DNA of 64,000 nucleotides from positions 415-64,414 of the forward strand of contig JAIEQK010000018.1 of the NCBI GenBank assembly GCA_019747795.1. Direction: 5' to 3'. The notes below the pieces were generated by a model that was not told the origin of the DNA, ran no database searches, and was given only the letters and a program-made list of their open reading frames with translations. Below, piece after piece: positions 19,045-28,317 of this stretch; position 1 is the stretch's first letter, and each line of letters starts with the position of its first letter. This DNA comes from Gammaproteobacteria bacterium (lineage in GTDB: Bacteria > Pseudomonadota > Gammaproteobacteria > Ga0077536). The translations under genes were made by a program, and so were the position numbers.

Positions 19045-20106
19045 TCAGGCGCTGCCGGGCATCTGCTCCATCAGGCCACCCTGCAGGACGTAGGTCTCGA
19101 AGCCGCGCTCACCGAGCAGGAAGGCGGCGGCGGAGCTGCGCCTTCCGGTGTCGCAGTACACGATGTAGGGCACGTTGGGATCGAGCGCCTCGGTCTTCAG
19201 ACGCAGCATGAACAGTGGAATGTTGATGCTGCCGGCGATGCCGTTGTTGGAATGCTCGCTCTCAAGCCGCACGTCGAGCAGCCTGGCACCCTTGGCGACC
19301 CGCTCCTTGGCCTCGTCCAGGCTCAGCCAGTTGAGCATCGGCTCCTTCAACAGGGCGTTGAAGTTCTCCTTGGAGAGCCGCATCAGGATGCCTTCGGTCT
19401 CCATCACGATGGTGGCGTTGCGCTTGGCCTCCGACAGCAGCGCCTCCTCGCCGAAGGCATCGCCGTCCTTCAGCGTGGCGAGGGTCAGTTCCGCGCCGGT
19501 CTTCGACGCGCGGGTCACCTTGGCCCTGCCGTGCTTGATGATGTAGTAGAAATCGCCCTCGTCGCCCTGGCGGATCACGACTTCGCCGGCGCGCACCGGG
19601 AGCTCCTGCATGCGCATGAACATCGCCTGGATGTTTGCGGGCGGCACCTGCAGGAAGGCCTGCGACTGCAGGATGCGGGTCATCCAGTCGCAGTCGGCGT
19701 CCTCGTCACCCTCGCCGACGACTATTTCGTTGACTTCGATACCGGAGAGCTGATCCCAGGTGAGCAGGATGTCGAGCAGATCGCTGTCGAAGCGCGTCAG
19801 TTTGCAGGGCGTCTTGGTGCGCGCCGTCTGCTTGCGCGGCTGGGCGTTGGCCAGGGGGTGCTTGGCGGCATCGGAGCCACCCCGCACGACCACGCTGTGA
19901 CCGGCCTCGTCCGACAGCACGACCTCTCCTTCCAGGAGATAGATGGTCTTGCGATCGACATCGCCGCTCTTGAAGATGATCTTGCCGGGCGGCGCCTCCT
20001 CGACGAAGGCCTTGCCGGACAGTTCCTGGAAATTCTCGGCATTGAGCGCGTTGGGCGGCACCAATGTCTTGAGGATGTTCTTGTCTACGAGCTGACCGTC
20101 TGCCAT
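19045..20106 (-). CDS. Tandem cyclic-nucleotide-binding domains fused to a rhodanese domain
   Basis: 353 aa. The second cNMP domain has FGEEALL....RNATIV. The first is degenerate. The C-terminal rhodanese domain has the active-site loop YCDTGRRS. Confidence 0.8.
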   Translation of the reverse strand: MADGQLVDKNILKTLVPPNALNAENFQELSGKAFVEEAPPGKIIFKSGDVDRKTIYLLEGEVVLSDEAGHSVVVRGGSDAAKHPLANAQPRKQTARTKTPCKLTRFDSDLLDILLTWDQLSGIEVNEIVVGEGDEDADCDWMTRILQSQAFLQVPPANIQAMFMRMQELPVRAGEVVIRQGDEGDFYYIIKHGRAKVTRASKTGAELTLATLKDGDAFGEEALLSEAKRNATIVMETEGILMRLSKENFNALLKEPMLNWLSLDEAKERVAKGARLLDVRLESEHSNNGIAGSINIPLFMLRLKTEALDPNVPYIVYCDTGRRSSAAAFLLGERGFETYVLQGGLMEQMPGSA

Positions 20107-20356
20107 GGGGAGGATCGACTGTTCAGATGATTCCTTGGCCGTCGTGGAGGGATGCCGGGGCAGCGTTCCGCCGCCCGAGGCGCGAATCTTGGTGCTTGCT
20201 CCCTCGAGGGCCGCTGATGAGCGGCGCTCATCCGTTCGGCCCGCCAGACGTTAGCGGCCGCGTCGCTTGTTTATTCTATGCCGACAGCGCGACGCAAGTG
20301 AAAGCCTTTTTGCCCGCCCGTCACGCGCCGCGCGCGTGACGGGCGAGGCTCGCGCG

Positions 20357-21634
20357 CTACAGGATGTAGCCGCGCTCGTCGTGCTCGGCGGTGTCCAGGC
20401 CCTCGGTCTCGGCTTCCGGCATCACGCGAAGTCCGACCAGCGCCTGGGTGAGCTTCAGGAGCACAAAGGTCAGCACCGCGCAGTAAGCGCCGACCGCGAC
20501 GATGCCGATCACCTGCACGGTGATCTGATCGGTCAGCGTGACGCCTTCGGCCAGCCCCTTGCCGCCCAGCCCCGGCGCGACCACCACGCCCGCGAGGAAG
20601 GTCCCGAGAATGCCACCGACGCCGTGCACAGGGAACACGTCCAGTGAGTCGTCGATACGCAGCACACGCTTGACCGTCTGGGTGCTGACATAGCACACCA
20701 CGCCCGCCACCAAACCGATCAGCAGGCCGCCCAGAGGCCCGGCGACGCCGGCGGCCGGGGTGATGGTGCCGAGGCCCGCCACCATGCCGGTCACGATGCC
20801 GAGCACGCTCGGCTTGCCATGACGCAGCCACTCGATGCTCATCCAGGCGAGCGAACCGGCGGCGGCGGAGATGTGGGTCACCAGCATGGCCATGCCGGCG
20901 TCGCCGTTGGCCGCGACAGCGCTGCCCGCATTGAAGCCGAACCAGCCCACCCACAGCATGGAGGCGCCGGTGACCGTCATGGTGAGGTTATGCGGTGGCA
21001 TCGCGGTCTGGGGAAAGCCACGCCGATTGCCGAGCATGAGCGCTGCCACCAGCGACCCCACGCCCGCATTGATGTGCACCACGGTGCCACCCGCGAAGTC
21101 GAGCAGCCCCATCTTCATCAACCAGCCGTTGCCCCAGACCCAGTGGCAGACCGGGACGTAGACGAACAGCAGCCACAGGGTGCTGAACACCAGCACCGCG
21201 GAGAACTTCATGCGCTCGGCGTAACCGCCGACGATCAGCGCCGGCGTGATGATCGCGAAGGTCATCTGGAACATGACGAACACCGACTCCGGGATGGTGC
21301 CGGTGAGGCTGTCGCGCGCGATGCCGGACAGCATCCACTTGCCCGCGCCGATGTACGCGTTCCAGGCGCCACCGTCGCCGAAGGCGAGGCCGTAGCCCGC
21401 CGCCATCCACAGCAGCGAAACCAGGCAGGTCAGCGCGAAGCACTGCATGAGCACCGACAGCACGTTCTTGCTGCGCACCAGTCCGCCGTAGAACAGCGCC
21501 AGGCCTGGCAGCGTCATGAAGAGCACCAGCGCGGTGGAGGTCAGGAGCCAGGCGCCGTCACCCGCGTTCAACGCATCGGCGCGCGCCGCCCATGGCGCAC
21601 AGGCGAGCGCGAGCCCCAGAAGCTTGCGATTCAT
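20357..21634 (-). CDS. amtB: Ammonium transporter
   Basis: 425 aa with a signal peptide and DFAGGTVVHINAGVGSLVAAL, plus the twin-His-containing helices typical of Amt. Confidence 0.95.
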   Translation of the reverse strand: MNRKLLGLALACAPWAARADALNAGDGAWLLTSTALVLFMTLPGLALFYGGLVRSKNVLSVLMQCFALTCLVSLLWMAAGYGLAFGDGGAWNAYIGAGKWMLSGIARDSLTGTIPESVFVMFQMTFAIITPALIVGGYAERMKFSAVLVFSTLWLLFVYVPVCHWVWGNGWLMKMGLLDFAGGTVVHINAGVGSLVAALMLGNRRGFPQTAMPPHNLTMTVTGASMLWVGWFGFNAGSAVAANGDAGMAMLVTHISAAAGSLAWMSIEWLRHGKPSVLGIVTGMVAGLGTITPAAGVAGPLGGLLIGLVAGVVCYVSTQTVKRVLRIDDSLDVFPVHGVGGILGTFLAGVVVAPGLGGKGLAEGVTLTDQITVQVIGIVAVGAYCAVLTFVLLKLTQALVGLRVMPEAETEGLDTAEHDERGYIL

Positions 21635-21761
21635 CTGAATATCCCCTAAGTGCGATTCGTCATTATTTTGCTCGTCGCGGCAGCCAGCGGCGGCCGTGGC
21701 GGCGCCCTCGGCGGCCCGCGCGCAAGGCTACGCGCCGACCGTCCGGAACAGGCTCCAACTG

Positions 21762-21777
21762 TGCAATGGATGTGCCG
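21762..21777 (-). promoter_or_regulatory. sigma54 (-24/-12) promoter candidate for amtB
   Basis: The minus strand reads CGGCAC-ATCCA-TTGCA, matching TGGCAC-N5-TTGCA in all but the first base with correct GG/GC spacing. It lies about 125 nt upstream of the amtB ATG. Confidence 0.6.
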
Positions 21778-21898
21778 TTTCGGAGCAGGGCGGCAATGGC
21801 CATCCCTGCCCCGGCCTAAGCATAGGATTTATCTGGCGTTAGTTCTGCGGGGCGAAGCGCGGGAGCGCACCAGCGCGCGGCCGGCTCAGGATTGGATT

Positions 21899-21915
21899 TG
21901 CACCAAAGAAGTGCC
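21899..21915. promoter_or_regulatory. NtrC-type enhancer site candidate upstream of the amtB promoter
   Basis: TGCACCAAAGAAGTGCC matches 11 of 14 specified positions of TGCACCA-N3-TGGTGCA. It lies about 120-140 bp upstream of the sigma54 element. Confidence 0.4.
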
Positions 21916-22004
21916 TGCCCACACGCGCCTTGCGGTCGGCAGGCCACAGCGAGTGGCGGTGACCCGAGCGTGCGTGCCCGGGTCGGGCGCTTGGGACACT
22001 GCGG

Positions 22005-22418
<414 letters not shown>

Positions 22419-22638
22419 CTACTTGCGGCGAAAGGATAAACGCTGGGCCCATGGGCTGGATACGCCTGCCCGTGCTGGCGCCCCGCGGGCCGCGCCTCGA
22501 CGCGTCGCCAGCGCCCAAGTCCTCGCCTGCATGGCGGGCAGTGCGCGCGTCTTGCGGCCCATTCCTTTCGGCCTGACCCCTGACGGAACCAGGCCCGCTC
22601 GCCGAACGACGTCCGACGAGCCGCAGCGCCGACCTCGA

Positions 22639-22654
22639 TGCACCATGTGTGCCA
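22639..22654 (-). promoter_or_regulatory. sigma54 promoter candidate (or NtrC half-site) upstream of glnK
   Basis: The minus strand reads TGGCAC-ACATG-GTGCA with correct GG/GC spacing, about 295 nt upstream of glnK. The same bases contain TGCACCA, an NtrC half-site, so the call is ambiguous. A further NtrC-like site, CGCACCTCAGTAGTGCA, lies at 22771-22787. Confidence 0.4.
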
Positions 22655-22848
22655 AGCAGCGCTAGGCGCTTGAAATGAAACGCTTACGCGGCCCGGACAG
22701 CGCTTGTCAGACACGGGCGACGTGCAGCGGCCTCGCCACCCGCACCATATGAAAGCACGCGCCTCGCGAGCGCACCTCAGTAGTGCATGCAGCGATGCTT
22801 GGCGTGGCGGCACGCGGCTGGTTAACCTTGCGCCACAGGAGGACCAGC

Positions 22849-23097
22849 GTGGTGGATTTGAAGCTCATCGAAAACATGGTGGAGCGCATCGGCGCCCTGC
22901 TGCCGGCGGACGTCGGCGCGCTGCAGGACGAATTCCGCGCCAACGTCCGCGCGGTGCTTGAAGCGACACTGGCGCGCATGGACGTCGTGACACGCGAGGA
23001 ATTCGACGCCCAGGTGGCGCTGCTCCGGCGCACGCGCGAAAAGCTCGACCGCCTCGAGGCAACCTGCGCCGAGCTCGAGGCCTCGTCACGGGACTGA
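22849..23097 (+). CDS. ubiK: Ubiquinone biosynthesis accessory factor UbiK (YqiC/BMFP family coiled-coil protein)
   Basis: 82 aa from GTG 22849, 6 nt after AGGAGG. Contains ...RIGALLP...REEFDAQVALLRRTREKLDRLE. Lies between glnK and comM, as I recall for Pseudomonas. Confidence 0.75.
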   Translation: MVDLKLIENMVERIGALLPADVGALQDEFRANVRAVLEATLARMDVVTREEFDAQVALLRRTREKLDRLEATCAELEASSRD

Positions 23098-23194
23098 GCG
23101 CGACTCGACGCTCGGGCGTCGGCTTCGCTAGACTCGCTCGCGTCCGACGTCTCGGACACCTCGCAGGATGCGAGGTCGCACTGCAAGGGACCGC

Positions 23195-24712
23195 ATGGCC
23201 ATCGCACTCACCTACAGCCGCAGCCAGGACGGCATGGACGCTCTGGCGATCAGCGTCGAGACCCACCTGTCCAACGGACTGCCCTCGTTCACCATCGTCG
23301 GCCTGCCGGAGACCGCGGTGCGCGAGAGCCGAGAACGCGTGCGCTGCGCGCTGCTGAACTCCGGTTTCGAATTCCCGCAGCGACGCATCACGGTGAATCT
23401 CGCGCCCGGTGACATCCCCAAGGAAGGTACGCGTTTCGACCTCGCCATCGCCATCGGCATCCTGGCGTCGTCGCACCAGGTGCCGGTGAAGGCGCTCGCC
23501 GGCGCCGAGTTCATCGCCGAACTCGCCCTGGACGGCGGGCTGCGGCCGGTCGGCATGGCATTGCCGGCCGCGCTCGCAGCGCGCGAAGCGGGACGCGAAC
23601 TCATCCTCGCGCCGGCCGATGCGGAAGACGCGAGTCCCATCCAAGGCGCGGAACTGCGTCCCGCGGTCGACCTGAGGGCGGTGTGCGATCATCTTGCGGG
23701 GCGTATCCGCCTCCTGTCGCCGGCCGCACCAACGCCGCGAGCCACGCCACGTACCCTGCCTGACCTCGCCGAGGTCGTCGGCCAGCATCGCGCCCGCCGT
23801 GCCCTCGAGATAGCCGCGGCGGGCGGCCACAACCTGTTGTTCATCGGCCCGCCCGGCACCGGCAAGACCATGCTGGCCTCGCGCCTGCCCGGCTTGCTGC
23901 CCGAACTTACGGAAGCCCAGGCCCTCGAGGTCGCGGCGCTCCATTCCCTGGCGGGCCAGGCGCCGCGTCAGCGCGAAGGCTGGTACGTGCCGCCGTTCCG
24001 CGCTCCGCACCACTCCGCCTCCGCCGTGGCCCTGTGCGGCGGCGGACGCACGCCGCGTCCCGGCGAAATCTCGCTCGCCCATCACGGCGTGCTGTTTCTA
24101 GATGAGTTGCCGGAGTTCGAGCGACGCGCGCTCGAAGCGCTGCGCGAACCCCTGGAGAGTGGCGCAATCACCATCGCGCGAGCGACGCGCGCGCTCAGCT
24201 TTCACGCGCGCTTCCTGTTGGTCGCGGCGATGAATCCCTGTCCGTGCGGGTTTCATGGCGACGGCAGAAACCAATGCATCTGCAGCACTGAGCGCATCAC
24301 GGCTTATCGCGCCCGCATATCTGGCCCGTTATCGGAACGGATCGACCTCCACGTCGAAGTGCCGCGTCAAACCTTGGAACTGGTTGCAGTAGATCGACGT
24401 GAAGAGGAGAACAGCGCGGCGGTCAGTACCAGAGTCAGGCAACTGCGGGACCATCAGATCGCGCGCCAGCACAAGCTCAACAGCCAGCTGACGAGCGCGG
24501 AGCTTGCCCTAAGCTGCGCTCTTGCACCCGACGCGCGGCAGTTGCTGGCCCACGCACTTGACCGCCTTGGTCTCAGTGCGCGTGGCTATCACAAAGTGCT
24601 AAAACTGGCTTTAACGATCGCCGACATGGCCGGTGTGAAAACCATCGGTGAAGAGCACGTTGCCGAGGCAATAAGTTACAGGGTGCTGGATCGACGTCCA
24701 CTCAACCGCTGA
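23195..24712 (+). CDS. comM: Mg-chelatase-like AAA+ ATPase YifB/ComM
   Basis: 505 aa from ATG 23195. N-terminal Lon-protease-like domain (...VETHLSNGLPSFTIVGLPETAVRESRERV), Walker A GPPGTGKTMLA and Walker B LFLDELPEF. Confidence 0.93.
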   Translation: MAIALTYSRSQDGMDALAISVETHLSNGLPSFTIVGLPETAVRESRERVRCALLNSGFEFPQRRITVNLAPGDIPKEGTRFDLAIAIGILASSHQVPVKALAGAEFIAELALDGGLRPVGMALPAALAAREAGRELILAPADAEDASPIQGAELRPAVDLRAVCDHLAGRIRLLSPAAPTPRATPRTLPDLAEVVGQHRARRALEIAAAGGHNLLFIGPPGTGKTMLASRLPGLLPELTEAQALEVAALHSLAGQAPRQREGWYVPPFRAPHHSASAVALCGGGRTPRPGEISLAHHGVLFLDELPEFERRALEALREPLESGAITIARATRALSFHARFLLVAAMNPCPCGFHGDGRNQCICSTERITAYRARISGPLSERIDLHVEVPRQTLELVAVDRREEENSAAVSTRVRQLRDHQIARQHKLNSQLTSAELALSCALAPDARQLLAHALDRLGLSARGYHKVLKLALTIADMAGVKTIGEEHVAEAISYRVLDRRPLNR

Positions 24713-24770
24713 TTCGCATCCTCGTAGCGCCCCACGCCACATCAACCGCCTCATCGCCAACGATCGATCC

Positions 24771-25561
24771 ATGCCGAGCAATTGTGCCGTTTGTGCGCGA
24801 ATGGCAAGCGGACGCCCGACCTGCCGGCACGAACGTGCCGCCGCTGTGACCAACTCGCCGTTGCACGCGCCTGTGCCGTCCTGCTGTGCGTGCCATCCAG
24901 AGGGCATTCGTCGATGGCGTATGGTTTCCTGGCGCTCACTCACGGCATTCTTGGGTCCGTTATAGACCTCTTGCGCAAAACCGGGATTGCGGCGCCGACG
25001 CACCGGCGATGATCGCTTTCACGAGCGGCACCACCGGGCCGCCGAAGGGGCTGGTTCGCAGCCACGGTCCGATCGCGGCCACGCACGACATCCCTTCATC
25101 CGTGCTCGGTCGACGGTCCGGCGAAGCCTGTCTGGCAACCTTGCCGATCTTCCCCCTCATCAATCTCGGCTGTGGTGCAACCACGCTCATTGCGGATGTG
25201 GATCTGCGCCATCCTGCGAAGGTCGATCCGCAGCGGCTCCTCCAACAGCTTGCGCGCTGGTGGGTGGAGAGCGCGGTCGCGGCACCAAAGCTCGTGGATC
25301 GCCTTGTCGATGCGTCCGGCCCGAATGATCCGAGGCTGCGTTCGTTACGCACCATTCACGTCGGCGGCGTGCCGGTGTTTCCAGCCCTGCTCGCGTCATT
25401 GAGACCCGTCGCTCCTGCGGTGGGTGGTAGTCGTGACGCACCAACCAGCACTACGGCTGCGGGCGTCCGACGTTCGGCGTGGAGTGTCGTGGGCGTTCCC
25501 GCGGAGTTTGACTCAAGTCGAGGAGATTCCGCTGGACGCGCGTCACAACGCAAAAGGTTGA
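24771..25561 (+). pseudogene. Decayed AMP-dependent synthetase/ligase gene (frameshifted and internally deleted)
   Basis: The intact AMP-binding core motif MIAFTSGTTGPPKG sits only about 40 codons into its ORF. The frame is then lost after ..IHVGGVPVFPAL... A ligase C-terminal-like peptide, EEIPLDARHNAK, appears in another frame ending at 25561. Far too little sequence separates these motifs for an intact enzyme. Confidence 0.6.
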
Positions 25562-26014
25562 TTACGCGGCACGGCACCGCAGTCTCGCCGCCCGGCGTTG
25601 GCTGCTGCGCGAGGCCGCCGATTGAGTGCGAAATCAATCGTGTCCTGTGTCACCAATGCGATGCGCGGGGATAGCGCGCGCATCCGTCAATCTCATGCGG
25701 AACTGCGCGCATCGCGCGCGAGCGGTTCAGCGAATCATCACCCAGGTGCAAGTGGTGAACGGCACTGGGAACGACACGTCACTAACGGGTGGCGAGCCGC
25801 GACGGGTGAGATCGTTGCTTGCTTCAGGGCGGTCGCCCAGCCAGCCACCCGGGATCTGCGCCAGCGCGTAGCGCGTAGCGCGTTGCGGTGCAAAGGCAAC
25901 GACCATCGCGACTCGACGCGTACGGACGTGCGTTCACGAAAATGACCTCGATCAGCACCAGAGCGTGTCCCGCCGCTAGCCTGGGCCTACGTCTGAAGCG
26001 GAGAGGATGCGGCC

Positions 26015-26959
26015 GTGAATATCTGGGGATCCGGGAGAACAAGTTCCGCAGATCCGCGCCGCCGGGCAGCGCCGGTGGCTTGGATTGTTCTGGCCATGAT
26101 GGCGCTGGTCTTCGCTCCGTCGCACGCTTTCGGGCTGATCGTTTTCGCCAGTGACGCCTATTACTTTGGTGACGTGGCGCAGTGGAATCCTCCGCATGAG
26201 CCCTTCGCCGCCAGTTACGACGGCTACTACTCCGCAGACCTTAAAGGCGGGGTGATCTCATACCGGCAGGAGTGGTACTCCGACAACCTGGCCCACGCAC
26301 AGGCCAACAGGGGCGAACTCGGGCTCAGCGCGGACTTCGACGGGTTCGGCTTTACTCTCGTCACGCACGATTTCTTCGCTGATGGACGACTCTTCGCCGG
26401 TACAGGAGCTGGAAGTGCCTTGGTCGCCAATTTCACCGTCTACTCCGACATCTACGACATGCTCAACGGCGCGGTGATCAACGACTTCAGGCAGAACTAT
26501 CACATCGAGCTTGGGGCCAACGACTTTGCCGAGTTCGACATTGCCATCGCTGCCCGAAAGCTGGTGGCTCTCGTCCCGCCCGCACCTTCCGCAGGAAATC
26601 CCTGGCAGGTTTCCAAGTATCGCCTCGCTGCAGGAGTAAACTTCGACTATGCCTACAGTGGGCCGAACGCCTCGTTTTCGTTTGATTTCCTGCAGGCCTA
26701 TGACCCGGCTCGACTGGACCGGCAAGGGCGGATGCTGAGCGGTGTGAGTGTATTCCCTTACTATCTAGCGCCTGAGCCGTCGGGCCTGGGGCTCCTGGCT
26801 GCCGGGTTGCTCGCGTTCGGCGCCACGCGGCGCCGAACGCCCCCTCTCTTCCTCGGCCGTGGCCGTCATCGAGACCGGACGCAAGCCGGGCTCTGTGACT
26901 ACTCGCGCGGCGCGAAACCCAACTCGGTCGGGAACCCCTCCAGATCCGGCGGCGGGTAA
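26015..26959 (+). CDS. Secreted protein with a PEP-CTERM sorting signal
   Basis: 314-aa ORF with a GTG start and a signal peptide (..VLAMMALVFAPSHAFG). Near the C-terminus: PEPSGLGLLAAGLLAFGATRRR, which is PEP, a TM helix and an Arg cluster. The ORF then continues for 45 more codons. Confidence 0.75.
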   Translation: MNIWGSGRTSSADPRRRAAPVAWIVLAMMALVFAPSHAFGLIVFASDAYYFGDVAQWNPPHEPFAASYDGYYSADLKGGVISYRQEWYSDNLAHAQANRGELGLSADFDGFGFTLVTHDFFADGRLFAGTGAGSALVANFTVYSDIYDMLNGAVINDFRQNYHIELGANDFAEFDIAIAARKLVALVPPAPSAGNPWQVSKYRLAAGVNFDYAYSGPNASFSFDFLQAYDPARLDRQGRMLSGVSVFPYYLAPEPSGLGLLAAGLLAFGATRRRTPPLFLGRGRHRDRTQAGLCDYSRGAKPNSVGNPSRSGGG

Positions 26960-28044
26960 TAGCGGCCACTGCCGAGCGCGTCGACGCGCGCGAAGAAATC
27001 GTCGTCGGCGGCCAGGCCCGTCGGGCCGAGCTCGCGCAGGTTCATGGCCTGGCGATAGATGTTCCAGGAATCCGGACGCAGGTCGGCGGCGAGCTGCAGA
27101 TGCACATCGCCCTCGGTTACATTGCCCGCCGCGCGCAGGTGATAGCCCAGTCGGAAATGGGCGTTGGCCAGGGCGACCTTGTCGTCCGGCAGCGCGAGAT
27201 GGGCCCGTGCCTGCTCCGGGGTGAAGGCGTGACGACTGCGTGCGCCGTGCTGGGCCCAGTCGCGCACCGCCTCGACGTAGGTCCGTTTGGCCTGGGCCGC
27301 GAGCGCGAGGGCACTCTCCGGCAGGGTTCCGCTCGCGCGGTCGCGCGAACGCCAGGCGTCATGGGAGCCCGCCGTTTCGCTGGGACGCACGATGCGGCCT
27401 TGTTCGTCGATCCAGACCGCCTGCGGCACGTTGACCATGTTGTAAAGGTCGGCCACGTGATGTTCGCGATCGATCAGCACCGGGTAGGTGGGCCGCGCGA
27501 GCTCTATCCACTCGCGGGCGGTCTCCGCGCCGCGCGACTCTTCCGCCACCGCGATGACGATGAAATCTTCCTGGGCCAGTTCTGCGTACAGTGCCTGCCA
27601 CACGGACAGGTCAAGACGGCAGCCTCACCAACTCGACCAGGTCGTGAGGAAGACGCGTTTGCCGCGGTAGTCGGACAGCGAGTGCAGGTTGCCGTCGATG
27701 TCGGGCAGCGTGAAGTCGGGGGCTTCCAGCGTGCAGAGGGCCCGTCCGCGATCGCTGGCGGCCGCGCCCAGCATCCAGGTCGAGCCGCTCGTGTCGTGCA
27801 GCACCGGGCGGCCCAGCAGCCGCCAGAAGGCAGCGAGGTTGACCGCGCCGTCGGCCAGGTAGCGCTCGGTTGCCGCGCGCGGCAAGGGCACACACATTTC
27901 GCCCTGGCAGAGGCCTTCCGGCTTCAAGGTCCAGCCGCTGGCGCGCGGCAGATCCGCGGCCGGCAGCCACAGGTCCTCGCCCGCGGCGCGCGCGGTGTCG
28001 ACGCTGCTCACCCCGGCGTCGGTAAGTATGGTGGTCATGGTCAT
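26899..28044 (-). CDS. ResA/TlpA-like thioredoxin-fold protein with in-frame TGA (27625-27627); candidate selenoprotein, alternatively a nonsense pseudogene
   Basis: Track ORFs 27625..28044 and 26899..27603 are in the same frame and separated only by TGA. Read-through gives APDFTLPDIDGNLHSLSDYRGKRVFLTTWSSW-U-GCRLDLSVWQALYAELAQEDFIVIAVA...VPQAVWIDEQGRIV. The stop sits at the nucleophilic Cys position of TlpA/ResA proteins. A bulged hairpin lies at 27594-27610, 14 nt downstream. Confidence 0.6.
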
Positions 28045-28317
28045 CGTCCTGGTTCTGGCAAAGAGTGGGCAGTCTAGCAGCCGGGCGCGTGAGGCCGCGT
28101 CGGACAGGACGTCAGCGCCTGGAACGTCGGGGCAGCCGCGATGGAATACTCAGACTGCCCCTGTGACCAGAAGCCTATACCAGGCGTGGCCGCCGAACGC
28201 CGCAACTGCACTCGGGTCAAGCTCGTGACCCTGTCCCAGGTGGAGATTTGCCTGCGTTGCCTGGCTGACGCTCGACCGTTGGCGAATCGATCCCCTTAAG
28301 CCGTTCCTGCGACCCTG

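Noticed and set aside
20300-20345. The hairpin CGCCCGTCACGCG-N5-CGCGTGACGGGCG as the intrinsic terminator of amtB.
   Set aside because: The 13-bp stem is real, but on the amtB (minus) strand it is followed by an A-run rather than a U-run. At best it is a Rho-dependent or RNA-stabilising structure, so it is not annotated as a terminator.
23168-24712. comM as the insertion target of a genomic island, as with AbaR islands in Acinetobacter.
   Set aside because: The comM reading frame is intact from MAIALTYSR.. to its stop. No integrase, transposase, direct repeats or att-like sequences flank the downstream patch. Only the lower-GC, decayed character is reported.
27604-27627. A frameshift or sequencing error as the explanation for the split ResA-like gene.
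   Set aside because: Both halves are in the same frame with a single clean TGA and seven sense codons (GCRLDLS) between them, so no indel is needed. A TGC-to-TGA nonsense mutation remains the main alternative to Sec and is stated in the finding.
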